From Camelus dromedarius (lineage: Eukaryota): DNA of 64,000 nucleotides. A program made the position numbers and the translations under genes. Location of the stretch: contig NC_087437.1 of NCBI RefSeq assembly GCF_036321535.1, forward strand, positions 103,294,001 to 103,358,000. The letters are read 5' to 3'. Positions 25,886 through 39,249 of this stretch are shown here, in pieces (the stretch's first letter is position 1; every line of letters starts with the position of its first letter). The notes under the pieces are model-generated. The model was not told where the DNA came from. It made no database searches and saw only the letters and a program-made list of their open reading frames with translations.

Positions 25886-28484
25886 TAATGTAGCATATTA
25901 TAAAAATAAATTTTTTGACTTCTTTAAATATTTGCTGAAAGACACAGTGTAAATAAGGATATTGAGCCAATGAAAATCTACTTCATAATGTTGAAATAGG
26001 CATTTCCAATGTTGGATCCCTTCCTACACATCAAATTACCATAGGCATGTGCAAGCCATACCTAATTAATATTTAATCTGACAGCTTAATTTACACAAGA
26101 ATTTATATAAATAATACACATAGATATACTGCAGCAGACAGCTACAATATTTATCATGTTTTAATAGTTACAAAGAGTTTAATTTCTAGCATAAAATAGA
26201 TATTGGCATTTTAAAATAAAGCTATTACATTACTCCTTTAAACATTTTCAGTGGGATTGAAATAAAATAATAATTTGATACCTATATTATCTATTTAAAA
26301 AATACATATTAACATTGTTTTGTTTGAGTCAGAAATTTTATATTTTTCTTTTCCCTCCTCAAACCAATTTCTTTCAACTTCTCAAATTTAAATTTTAGTA
26401 TAAGGTAATATATTTTACGATGAAATATTTTTATTGATTTGATTTATTTTTGTAGCCATAATCCTCTCTAAATATTGAAAAATTCTTTCAGGAGTAAGTT
26501 ATTATTATAGAAATCATTTGTGCAATACCTATACATTATTACAGTGAATATTAGTACATAATTACATAGACACTATAAATTTATTATATATTCTCATAAA
26601 CAACTTCAACTGAATTTAATGAAAAATATATTTCTTTATGAGATGTGCTGGATTTTTTTTTTTTTTTTTACTATATTGAATCTTATATCTCTGAACAAAT
26701 TATTTATTTTAATAATGAGACTGGGCATACCATAAACTCTATTATTATTTTTTACTTCATTTTTATAAATATACGTATTGAAATATCTTGTGCACATAAA
26801 CAAGTAGATAGGAAAAGTGTTATTCAAGAAATGTCATTGAATTATTTGAACTCCTTTTAGGATGTATGCAAAAATTTTGTTCTAATTCTTAAGAAAGTAT
26901 CCTTTTAAAGTGTTTTATCAGCTCACAATTTAAGTAAGTAGTCCAATTTTGCTGAAAACAGTTAAAAAATGCTGTTCTTCCAAATTAACTTTTATCTTGT
27001 CACTAGAATTCTTAATTTTCTTGAAGCCAATAACTATATTTTGATTGACCTCTCCAATGATGACTCATAGATGTGTGATATTCTGGAACAATCAGCACTT
27101 CGAGTTTAGTGCTGAGTGAGAGGTAGCTTATTTTTAAAAGTCAGAGTTTATTATATGGTGGTAGAAAATTAGGACCCAGAGCTCCATCAGAGGCTCTTAT
27201 GAGAGATTTAATATAAAAGATGTAACTCTTTACTTGAAAAATAAATTCCCTTAACTATCTGTCCTCACGTACCCTTAGATGCCTCCAGATACCTCAAGAG
27301 CACCCAAAATCCAGGTGGCAGACCGCTGATCTGAGGAACAAATTATCAAACAGCTTCACAATGGATCTCTTGGCCAATTCTTTCTGATTTCCATTCCTAG
27401 GCTCCTTTTTAAATAGAAAATCTAAAGATTCACTGGGGAACTTAAAAAAAAAGAGAGATAAGTATTTAAATGCAGCTGATATATAACATTTTTTAAAAAA
27501 GCTTATCTAAAATGTGTTAGGTCTGTTCTTTATCAAGGCTGGTTATTCTCTGGGGGACATAGTCTCTTTTGTGTACAGAACAGCTTCTTATTTTAATTTC
27601 CTACATAATTTAAAACTTGATGAATTGATTTCATTAGCACATTGAATCTGCATAGCACTTATGTTGCCCATTTCTCTTAACACAAACTAAAGCAAAAAAA
27701 AAAAAAAATCCTCTGTTGTTGTTTAAGATTTCATGCGAGTAGATTGGGTTCTGACTGATTGCTTGCTCTTCGTTACCTCATCACAAGTTGCCTTGATTAA
27801 GATTAAAGTAGCTATACTTCTTACATCGTCTCAACATCTTATTTAAAGCTTATTTCAAACTTCTATTCATTTTAGAAGTTGTGCATCATACATACTTGGA
27901 AAGAGTTTCCAAAAATTCTTTCAGCCTGTAGTATATTCACAAGCTCTTGATTTTCACCTTGCCCACCCTGATGCCTTTCATATGGGGCAGTTTTTAAACA
28001 TCAGCTGCTGTTTTTTACCATCAAGTGATGGCTGCACAGAGCTGATGAAAGCAAAGGTCCATCTCTAAAATCAAGAGGCAGTTCCCCTGTCCCGTGACCT
28101 TACTGTTCTTGTAGGTAGCTTAGGTCTCCATTCAAATGAGCATCCTTTAAAAGGGGCAGGTAATAAGTGAATTACCATAGTCCAAGGCCTCTTCTTAAAA
28201 ATAAAAGCCAAGGGATTTCTTCCTTACTAATTCAGGGGAATAGGTTCTGATAATTTGCACATACTTTGTGCTTTAAGTATCTAAGGGGATTGTGGCTTAT
28301 ATTATTGACATTGAAGAGAAAAGAAGAAAGTTTAAGCAGTCACATCATATTCATCTTACAATCATGATATATTTATCATGAAAAATCCATGATACCACAT
28401 GTTAAAGAAAATACCCATGTCAGTGGCAATGTGAATAATTTATATTTTCAATTTTCATTTGTATTGTGAAATAATAATTAACAG

Positions 28485-28752
28485 TAAGTAGGATTTACCT
28501 AGTGTTTATTATATGCTGGGCTCTGGGTTAAGAACTTCATACTGTTTAATCATTACAGCTCCATGAAGCATGTACTTTCTCTTAATTTTTTTTTTCAGGG
28601 GGAGGTAATTAGGTTTATTTATTTATTTAGTTTTTTGATGGAGGTACTGGGGATTGAACTCAGGACCTCAAGCATGCTAAGCATGTTCTCTACCACCTGA
28701 GCTATACCCTCCCCCTGAGGCATGTCCTTTTATTGGCATTTGACAGAGGTGT
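28485..28752 (-). mobile_element. MIR fragment interrupted by a camelid SINE
   Basis: atttacctagtgtttattatatgctgggctctgggttaag...tttaatcattacagctccatgaag continues after the SINE as ttttattggcatttgacagagg. Confidence 0.6.
28579..28715 (-). mobile_element. Camelid tRNA-derived SINE (Vic-1 type) with TSD
   Basis: The minus strand reads GGGGGAGGGTATAGCTCAGGTGGTAGAGAACATGCTTAGCATGCTTGAGGTCCTGAGTTCAATCCCCAGTACCTCC. TSD tgaagcatgtacttt (28564-28578) / tgaggcatgtccttt (28716-28730). Confidence 0.92.
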
Positions 28753-29508
28753 TCTGGTAACAGAGCATAAGAGGTCTGGGGAGCAGTTCCTCCATTACAA
28801 ATTCAATGCTATAATGATTCAATAGGTTGTCAGATTTTTGAAAGTTTATATCAGCCCTGATGAAAAACAAAAAGCATCTTCTCTGAAAAGAAAACTAGCA
28901 ACAGAGAATACGTGATGACTGGATCTATTCCTTGAGAAGCTGCCTCCCACCCCCCAATGATCGGTTGATTTGCAGCAGTGACAATACTTTTAGATGTTTT
29001 TCTTGAATGTCAGTCCAATTTATCCAGTTGGTTGGATTAGGATTAGGATTTGGGGCACTACTTTTATATTTGAGAAATCATGATCTTACCAAGTTGGCAT
29101 AAAGTTGATGGGTCAGTAGAATCATAATGGCAGCGATTTCCGCAGATTATATGCATGTATGAGAAGCTTTAGGCACAGGAAAGAGGAATTTACAAGACTT
29201 TAACACAAATATTGGGTCTGATAGTGGAAAAGACTAACAGAGGCAGACACTGTGGAAATTGATGAGTCCTAAAAACCTAATCAGAGAAGCATTATGCCAG
29301 AACCCCTTCCTCATCAAAAACATCCATCTCTGTTCTTGAACCAGGATGGTCAATCACACAAGTGCCATTTGCTGAGTATCATGCCAGACAAAATATAAGC
29401 AAAGCTTCTGTCCTCTGAAACATATAATCTATTTACTCTATTTACAAAGACATCTTTTCATACACTGATATTTTATTGTCCTTCAAAATCTTTGAGAAAA
29501 AAATTCTG

Positions 29509-29600
29509 TATATGTATGTTCATGTATAACTGAAAAATTGTGCTCTGCACTGGAATTTGACACAACATTGTAAAGTGACTATAACTCAATAAAAAAGTCT
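29509..29600 (+). mobile_element. Very short (about 90 bp) young LINE-1 3' tail
   Basis: Near-identical to 13488-13571 (tatatgtatgttcatgtataactgaaaaattgt...gacacaacattgtaaa.tgactataactcaataaaa). Flanked by aaaaaaattctg / aaaactattctg. Confidence 0.88.
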
Positions 29601-32600
29601 AAAACTATTCTGCACAATAATATTTAATACAAGTAGTAAGATAAGGGTTTCTAATGAAAAGATAGCCAGTGCTTTTGTTTTTGGTTTCTAGAACACCTTG
29701 CTGGTTGCTTATTATCCCATTCCAGAGATGGTAAGATTGCAAAATATCAACAGCTGTTTTTTTGTGAGCTTCAGTGCCAAAGATCAAGTCATGTTCATAA
29801 TTAATTCAAGACCAGTCATGCAGTAGGGACTGCTGGTGTTCAGGACCAGAATGTGCTCACATGTCATTCAAAATCAGATATTCAGTAGGACTCTGCAACT
29901 GAGATTTTAATGAATCATTAGCTTAGTTGCTTTATTGGTAACTGACAATTTGTATCCATCAAATGAGAGTTTAGCAGGAAAGAAACATAAATTGTACTGA
30001 GTAGTACAACTTACCCTGGTGTTCAGTATATATGTGAGTTATGTTTTCACTCTACCTTTAACAGCCTAGTTCAAAGATGCTCAAGAAGTTATATAAAATG
30101 CTAGTATTGAAGAATCCAGTAATCACAACCATGTTTGACTTTAGAACCCACTCTTTTCCACTGACCTATAATTTACCATCTTATTAACTAATCTCTAATA
30201 GAGAAATGGGAGAGTGGAAATATTATTATACAAATACCCTCTCTGTATACTGATAAGTAACAATAACAACACATCTCCATGTAGATAGAAACCTGACTCC
30301 TATGCGCCATCGTTTCACCATGCAACCAATATACAAAATCTGCATTCATTCATTTATCTCACTTATCTTTTTTAAAAAAGTAACCATGGATATGTAAAGG
30401 TTTTATTGGAAAGGAAAAAAAGAAAAGTTATTTTAATTCAGAATGCTACATTAACACAGCATGCTATTCCACCCCCTTGTAATCCATTTTTGTGCTCCCA
30501 CACATCTTTCCTGAACTTTGAATATCCTTTGAAGTTAAAGGGTGTTTCATGCACAGATGAGATACATGACTCTATGGAGAAGTTAAAAATTAGGGTAATT
30601 ATTAATTTTGGCCTAAATTCTCACACTATATTTCTAGGAGAAATCTGAGCCAATACCGTAGTTCTCACAAGGTTGAAGTTCAACCAGAGCAAGAAATTGA
30701 TCATATCCGTGTTCAATCACTAAACTTACATCTTGACAGAGTAATGATTTAGATTTCGCGTTTTCAAAAATGGTATTGCATACCAAGCCTAATTCTAAAT
30801 TTATTTCAGAAACCTTGAGCTCTGTAATTTAATAGCAGTGTTAGCTAGTAATTGGAACTAAAAAGATTTAACATGCTATCTTTTAGTTTTACTTTTGCAG
30901 GGCAAATTATTTACACCACTTGTCTCCAATTATGTCGGCTGACTTCTAAGGACAGAGCAGTTTTTCAGGAGCTGCCTCTGGGAAAAGAGAATAAATGAAG
31001 GGATAAATTTGGTCTGGAAACTCTATCTTGTAGAAACACATGGCTAGCACAGAAATTAAAATCTGATTGTCATAAATATTTCATGTTGTTAAGGAAAACA
31101 AGGAGTTTGTGAAATCAACACTCTTATTAAGACCTAACAGCCTTGTGTTTTATACTCCATTGTCATCTTGAACTTGTAGAACTCTGAAGATTAAACATGT
31201 CCTTACATCGCTGTAAAACAAACAGAATCCTTCAGGGTTGCTCTACCCTTGAAGTGGAAGCTGATTTTTCAAACAGTGGTGTGAAGAAATTAAACATGAC
31301 CTGAAGCAGGAGAGAACAATGTTACAAAGATAAACAAAATCCTCTCTGCTGTAGCACTTTTGCTTTGAGTGATTCAAAGGAGAAAAGTTACAGAGCAGAA
31401 CATGGTTGCTATGAAATTACAGATCATTCCAGCAAGGGAAAACCGCTGTGAGTTTATCATTGTATTTGAAAAGACTTAACTTGAAGTTTTTTTTTTTAAT
31501 TGATGTGCTTAAATCTTTACAATTATAATTAAAATTAATGATGGTTTGATTTTTTTCCCAAGACATAGGTAAATTATTAAGCACTTACTAATTGTCTAAG
31601 AAATTTAAGTGTCTATTTAGTGATGATGTTTTAAAGTATGGGGTTTTCGCTAGGACCTACATTTTTATACAATTACCATTTTTTGTCCAATTGATGTAGC
31701 TACTGATATAGCAAGCACAGCTGGATTGAAAGAGAAATGAGATGAAACAAAGGTGCTGGCACACTCAGATAAATTTTTTTTTTTTTTTTTGGTCAGGAAG
31801 ATCATAAAAAGAAAAGGAGATTATACGGAATTTGTGACAAGACAATCTTTTCAGGCAGTTGGGTATAGTTGTGAAATGTCTGCTTTCCACAGCGCACATT
31901 TGCTTTCGGTGTGCAATAAAGCTGAAATTCAAATCTTGCTGATAATTTTCCTCATCCATGGTTGAAATCCTAGAAAATATTTCCTGGAAAGATAAAGGTT
32001 TTTCATACAATAAAAAAAAATATATTCAACACCTTCTTAAGGAGCTTAGGATAAATTTAAAGCCATCAATCTACGAACTATGCTATCTTCCTGTTGGGGG
32101 AGAGTTCTACCCTGACCAGAGCTTACTGGATGGTGGCAAAAATACGCCAATATAATAAAGTGGGGATTGGAACCCAAAGGAACTTGTAGTCAGGTAGAAA
32201 TACCCTGGCAATGATTGTGTGGAATAAACAAAATGAATAATGATGAAAAAGCAGAGTTCAGGGAGACTAGTGTTGGAAATTAGTAGCCTGTATAAGGCAG
32301 GTAGTGAATGCTCTACGTTCATCCTCAGTTCCTCTTGGTTTACTTTAGGGCATGTTGGTCTACACCCTTGTTTTGATTGGTTATATGCGAATTACCAACT
32401 CCCTTTGTCTGCCCTGGACATGGTAAGTGGAACACTGGGCCTGCTATGATAATAATCTATCTAGGCTTTTCCTAATAGGAAAATTAAGCGAGCACAGTTT
32501 ATGAATGCTGACAGATGTGGCAGCTCATCCTGGGGTTAGTGATAACCAGAGTTGGAATTTAAGAATCATAAACCATATACTCACAACAGTCCATGGGCCA

Positions 32601-32974
32601 GGTGGAGAGGGGAAGTGAAAAAACAAAACTGACAAAAATGGGAGTTCATTTGTAGTATCAATTAAGGTTGTTCTTTCCACCTATGTGTATGCTTACATAT
32701 TTCACAAAAGAGTATGTGGAAAATCGTATTTGAAAAAAAAATAAAGGTTAAAAAAATATTACTCAAGCTTTATGTCTTGGGTTTTAGTTATATGGCCCTG
32801 TTTCAAATAAACCATCAAAAAAAGAAGAAAGCTAGTAAATTAATATATGGGGATAGTAAATTTTATTTTACATTTATATGACACTGAAATAATAAGCACA
32901 ACTTGAAGCAGCTGGGAATATAGAATTGATTTGGAGGATGTAGTGATGCAGATGTGGAATTGGGTGTTTATATT

Positions 32975-33400
32975 ACTTCCACTCTTCACCTCTGACTTCT
33001 TTTTCCAAGACATTTAGCAACTTAGTGACTAAAAGCCGATGCATCATTTGAGATCCTGTCCTTACTGGCCATCTCTGCAGCATTTGACGTAACTGAGAAC
33101 ACTCTGTACAGCCTCTGTTAAAGGTTTATTTTCTTCTGCCTATTCCTAAATATTTCCATTACACAGAGGTCAACTTTTTGCCCTGCTAATCGACTTATTT
33201 TCTGGGTGGTTTCATAGGCAGCATGCTTAATGACTCCTAAATCTTTCCAATCTGTAAATATATGTTCAACTACCTACTAGACATCTTTTTCTTTAACCAG
33301 CCTGAAAGTACCTCAAAAATCAACATTTCCAAAAGTAAACTCATCCATTTCCCAACACACACACACCCAAAACAGTCAGTCAATTTCCCTCTTGCTTCCA
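32975..33400 (+). mobile_element. LINE-2 RT-region fragments
   Basis: ttactggccatctctgcagcatttgacgta encodes LLAISAAFDV (L2 LLDLSAAFDT motif). Further on is ttcaactacctactagacatc...aagtacctcaaaaatcaacatttccaaaagtaaactcat. Confidence 0.7.
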
Positions 33401-36059
33401 TGAAAAAGAAAAGAAAGAAAGAGAAAAAAAAAGCTCACCCAGGGTGAGCTGCCACATAAATTATTTTTGCCTGATTTTCCTTCTAGTCAAAGTCTAGATA
33501 TTATTACCATAGCAGGCCCAACATTTCCAAGAAGTCAGAGTTGAAGGCTGGAAAAGTCTGCATTCTTTCCTGCCCTGGGCATGGAGAGAAATGAACAGGA
33601 GACCAAGGGCGAGCCTCAGCTGAGGCCTCACCATGCATTTGCCTTACTCTGTGCAAGTCTCCAAAGCTCACATGCTTTTCCACTTTTCACTAAATTAGTC
33701 TAAACTGGGTGTGGAGGAAGGGCTTTTGACAATCTGTGAAATAAGACATTGGATATAAGTAGAACCAAAACATGGAAAAAGTTTACAGAAGAACAAGTGG
33801 AACAGATTTAAGGTTGAATTCTCCGTTTATAATGTCAGCTTATCAAGCACCTAATGTTATGATAGCTATGAAGAGAAGCAGGCCTTGCATTTGATGCACC
33901 CACCAGTATTTAGCATCCCATGTTACACATATTAACCACAAAAATCACATTAAAAAAGACCTCTCTTTAGTGAATCTATCATTCAGTTTGGAAATGTAAC
34001 CACCTATAATTCTAAAACTATGACATACAAAAATAGGTAACTTACACTCAGCACTGAGTAAGAATTCTGCAATTCTTATTATAAAACTATAATATCTAGA
34101 GTATTATAGAAATATAACATCTGTAGTTCTGAGGACAGATCATTGTGTATTGAAATAATAGAGGGAGTTTCTACAGAAACAGAATTAAATGGGCCTTAAA
34201 GAATAGGGTTTCTAAGAAGAGATTATGGCAGAGGTGAGCAAAGGAAGCATCAAAACAAGGTTTCAGAGTTCAGGATAAACTTGCGACTTGATCAAGTTAT
34301 CAGATACTCACCTACTAGAATGTGGGAGGGGAGAAAGGCTGGTGTCCAAGAGCCCGTCTACAGTCACCCGTTCCCTTTGTTTGCCCAGGTATCTGACCTC
34401 TCCTCTCCCTCGCGGGGCCTCCCATTTTGCTTCTCATTCAGTTTTAGCATTTCAGCTTAACATATATCTGCCTAGGTTTTCAGAATCACTGCTGTGTTGT
34501 TTCCAAGTTTTTAAACAATCTCTTTTCAGCATTTCTAAAGTGTTAAAGCAGCCACTCACTGCTGGCTTGGTCTTTTGTGAATTTCCACAGATATGAAGAG
34601 AGATGGTCTTTTACAACCATTTTGATGCCAGATAGTTAGGTCAGAGGTCTCCAAGAATATTTCTGGAATAAAAAGGGGTTTGTAGACCTTTGTTTCTTAA
34701 TAACAAAGCCAACTTGAATTACGAGAAGAGTCTATTTTCAATGACTTTACTATATCAACAATTAAAGCTTATCCAGAAAGTGGTTATTATCTCCATGTGG
34801 TGAGATGATCACAATAAATGTTACAGATTTCAAAATGGAAGCAGAAGAAGTAGAGTAGATAATAGATTAACTATAAAGCTTCTTACTGGAAGTAGCAAGT
34901 TGGCTTAATTTCAGCAGGTCTCAGACTGGGGCACCCTGGAAGGGAGCATAAATACTAAACACCCCACTTTCAACATAGCTCCTTCTGCTTAGTTTAATAA
35001 TAGATATTAGATGTTAGAACTCTGAAAAAGGGCCAACAGACTAAATATTTGAGAAAGCAGTAGAGGGCATGAATGTGCTTAGATAAGTTTGGCTGAGCAG
35101 ATAGAATAAAATAATGTTTACATTCAGTGATTTTCAAGTTTCATTGTTATTTGAGGCTCTGGGAACAAGTCTTATTTTGCTTCAGTTCAGTACTTGCTCA
35201 GAGTCTTCTCTCTGGAAATTGTGGGGTGCCTTCTCTCAGAGGACATGGTAAAAGGAAGGGGGAACTGGACATTCGCTTGTTGTCCAAGCTTTCCCGGAAG
35301 TTGTGATAGGACCACGCCTTTCAGAGAACATCACTGCAGGGTGTCAAATCATTGAATTCTTCACTCAAAAACAGCTTTTTTTTTTCCTCTCATTTATTTC
35401 TAAAACCTCAGCTAAGTCAGGATGTTGCTTTGAAAACCTGCATTTCTCTTCTTTTCTTAAAATTTATTAAAACGACAGCAAAGGAATAAGCAAGAGAGCT
35501 CTAAGATCAGTGTTGGCATAAGGAATAGCACACGAGAGAGTCTAAACAAATAAGTGAAATTAAGAGGAGGCGGAAGAATGTTGACTGAAAGTGAAGACAA
35601 AAGAGAAAAATGAAGCCATAGCTTGAACAAGTTCAGATATGGGGGTCTGTTCAGAGAGGGAGACAGTCCTCCCAGTAAAATGCTGGAGAAATTCTGGATG
35701 AAATGAAAGCAAGCACCAGTCATGGCAGTAGTGAGACGTGACGCCAAAATCATAGGAATTAACGGAAAAATTATAAACAGAGTATTTATCTCCATCTACT
35801 TTATTCCCCACTTCAAATTCCAGAAGAAAAGAATAAAGGTTCCTCAGAAAAATGGCTAGCAGTCACCAACAGGCCTTCTATAATCTTATTTTCAAATGTG
35901 AAGTGGTAAACAAAAGGTAGAAATAGTTTAGAACAGGAAAGAGAAAAAGCTAGGAAGAATAAAGGAGAAATTTTACCTTAGTGTTATTAGAAAAAATTGA
36001 AGAACAAAATATAATTAGGAAAAAAAAAAGCTTAATTCTAACTTGAGAAATAATAAAGA

Positions 36060-36900
36060 CAATGTTTCATCCATGAAACAAAACAACACTGTTCCCTATG
36101 AAGTGAAGAACAGTAGCAGCAAAAGGCATTTTCAATTCACCAAAATTAACAATAACAATAAACAAATGAGTTGGAAGTGAAAGCCAAGAAAATCTCCTAA
36201 ATTAAACAAAGGAAAAAAGAGAGAGAGAGAGAGAAATGAGAAGTAGACAATAAAAGAGCAGAGACATAAGGGATTAAATAAGGAGGTTCAATAACAGACT
36301 TTAAAGAGTCTCCAAAACAGAGAATGAGAAAGCAGAGGAGAGAAAAATATCGAACATTAATAGAAGCTATTTTTCCCCCATGGCTGAGTAAGGATACATG
36401 CCTCTGACGGAAATGGCCTATTGATTGTTCAAAACAATAACTGAAACAATAGCAAAAACACCTATAGTTAGTGCATAACATTCTGAAATTTCCAACTAAT
36501 TAATGACCAATGGAAGACTTGCCATATTCAGAGAGTAAACCAAAGACCTATAAAGGGCGGTAATAATCATACTGATGTCAAGTTTTTTCTTTCTTTTTTT
36601 ATTAAAAAAAGCACTTGGAGGTGGAGATAATTGGGTTTATTTATTTACTTGTTAATGGACGTGCTGGGGGTTGAACCCAGGACCTCATGCATGCTAGGCA
36701 TGCAACCTGCCGCTGAGATATACTCTCCCCCAACACTGACATCAGGTATTTTATCAGCAACACCAGCAGCTAGAAGAGAGCAGAGCAAAGCCTCCCATGA
36801 CCCCTGGACAAATATCTTTTCCTAAATTTTTATACCCCTCCAAACAACTGAAGTAGCGCAAAGACAGAAAAAAAATTCATAAATGAGGACATTTTTATAA
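36060..36900 (+). mobile_element. Ancient HAL1/L1M ORF1-like remnant, interrupted by a SINE
   Basis: A-rich sense strand with ORF1-type segments (aaggaggttcaataacagactttaaagagtctccaaaacagagaatgagaaa; atcagcaacaccagcagctagaagagagcagagcaaagcct). Confidence 0.6.
36585..36731 (-). mobile_element. Camelid tRNA-derived SINE (Vic-1 type), more diverged copy
   Basis: The minus strand reads GGGGGAGAGTATATCTCAGCGGCAGGTTGCATGCCTAGCATGCATGAGGTCCTGGGTTCAACCCCCAGCACGTCC. Imperfect TSD atactgatgtcaagt / acactgacatcaggt. Confidence 0.88.
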
Positions 36901-37689
36901 CGAAAATAGAAATAATGAATATAGGAAAAAAGGGAAAGAACCAGGAAAGTAGAGCAGAAAAGTCCCTGGATGTCTCAATTTGAAATAAGGCTTCTTGGTA
37001 AAAATGGGGCATTGTTGGAGATGCTCTATGACTGAGCAGTCTGGAAATCTTGAGGACTGATGAAAGGAATGTGCGGGTTGTATGAAGCTGAGATAGAAGT
37101 TAAACTTGGTGTGATAAACATTCTCCACGAGTGGCACAGGAGCTATGACATTGGACACAGAATGTAACAGGAAAATTCATGCTCACTCTCTGATCAACTC
37201 TGAGGAGTATGCGTAGTCATAGGAAAAGTATTTTCTGTTGGTGTGTGTTTTTCAGAATAGTCATGGACATAGTCTAGTAAACATAACTATGATTTCAGTA
37301 TGGAATATAAACTCACCAAACTTGGTAGGATAGAAATGAGAGCACAGCCCACGGAGTATGAGAGCTGGAGTTGGGGGAAAGTGGAGACAGGTGGAGCCCA
37401 CAGAAACACAATAAATGTCTCCTTTATGAAAATGAGAATTCAGGAAGTACCACCTGTGCTCGAGGGGACAAGACTTGGGCAGTAATCTTGAGGGGATGCC
37501 AGTGGGGCAGTTGGGTATATCCGTATAAAAATACAGATGGGTTAAGTACAGAAGAGCAGTCGAATTACAGGAGTGAGGGAAGTGACAGACACCGAACATT
37601 TTTTTGAGAACTTTTTTTGGGGCGGTCTGATCTTCTTTTAGAAAGTTTTCCTGGTTAAGATGTAGAGCAATGATGTGCATAAAACATCA

Positions 37690-37830
37690 AGCACTGTTTT
37701 GCAGAAAAGTAACCAAAGTTCAAGGAGATTAACTAACCTGCCAAGTTTACGCAGCTATAAAGAGAGATGACTTGGGTTTGAATGAATTCCCATGGCCTCC
37801 AAAGCCCGTGCTCAATTCACTGTCCCACAC
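37690..37830 (-). mobile_element. MIR SINE
   Basis: ttttgcagaaaagtaaccaaagttcaaggagattaactaacctgccaagtttacgcagcta...gggtttgaa...ctccaaagcccgtgctc. Confidence 0.7.
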
Positions 37831-39249
37831 GCCTTTCACCACAGGTCACTTCTTTAGTAAAAAGGGCTGGAGCATAAATCAAGACCTTCTGATTCCAAAA
37901 TCAGTTCACTTGCTGCTTCAAAGTTTACACTCAGAATCAAGTGCTGTTGTGTTATGTGAGAGTAAAAGAAGAAAAAAATGCTCAGGGATTAAAAAAAAAA
38001 AAAAAAAGTCTATTCTTGTTATCAAGACTCCAGAGTGTAGGCTGAAAAGATATCACTTCTGTTACAACTATAGGAAATCACAAAAGCCAAAGCCAACCAG
38101 TAAGTACAGTAAAAGCCTGACCTACATAGTAAATTTCCCAAACTTTAGGACAAAATAGATATCAGATTGGTTCAGAGAGAGAAATGAGACAATATGTCCT
38201 TTTAAAAAACGTATATGGTATTAATGTGGATTTGTAAGATAAACATTATACCTTTGTGTTCATTCAAAAAACTGTATGAAAATTATGTATTTTGTATGAA
38301 CTTTGGTAACTTCATATTTTCTCTTATTTGTGAAAATATATTGAGATAATTTCACTAATGATTCCCCAGCTTGCTATTTTTAAATTATCTTTTAAAAATA
38401 AAATTTTAAAAATACTCCCTATTATTTCCTTAATACAATATCAAGAAAAATTTTAAAAATTGAATTGTTTACTTTGTGATACCAAGGATTGCATAAGTTG
38501 TGCTGAAACTCTATAGACAAACTCTCCATTAATATTTAAATATCAGAATTTCTATATTTCAACAATGAAAATTATTATATCCATAATCTTTTAAAGTCAG
38601 TACATTCAAAGGAGTTCACATGTTGGTTTCACTGTGGCCGCTGTGCTTCAAGTACTTTTAAATCTCTATAAATCACTTCCAGAATGCAGTCTGCCTTGCT
38701 AAATGTACTCTGTCAGTATCTTGCCTGCAAGTAACAGTTACGCTATTTTGCAGAACTTCCTTATAACATATCTATATTCAGATAAGAGTTTAGGGGGATA
38801 AAGTGCCAAAATATAGAGTTCTAAATCATTAAAAAAATAATATCTATTATGGTCATTTTAAACTTGTGATCTACTTTGCTTTAAATATATAATAAAAATC
38901 AAGAGACAAAAAAGAAAATTTTGGTCACTTAATGTTTAGCCTACAAGGGTTCAATTTTATGTAGACTTATAAATATTAAGAGGAGTAGATTTTACACTGA
39001 AGTTACAGGGTGAGTTTTGTTATATAAGTTAGACTGATTTAGAGTGGACACTATTATTATTTTTACATCTAATTTTGAGCCTCAGTTTGACTAGAAAGTC
39101 TGGAAAATGAAAATATTACTGTAGGAAAATCAAAATGTCTTTGAGATAAATTTCATTACCAACTCCATATATATATACATTAAAAATGAAATGATGAATG
39201 TAATATCTCAGCTAACTAATGTTAGAGTGAATTACAAAAGGTACAACAA

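Noticed and set aside
37261..38158. 139-aa and 128-aa ORFs as genes
   Set aside because: No recognisable domains; they overlap MIR and poly(A) sequence and have the composition of chance ORFs.
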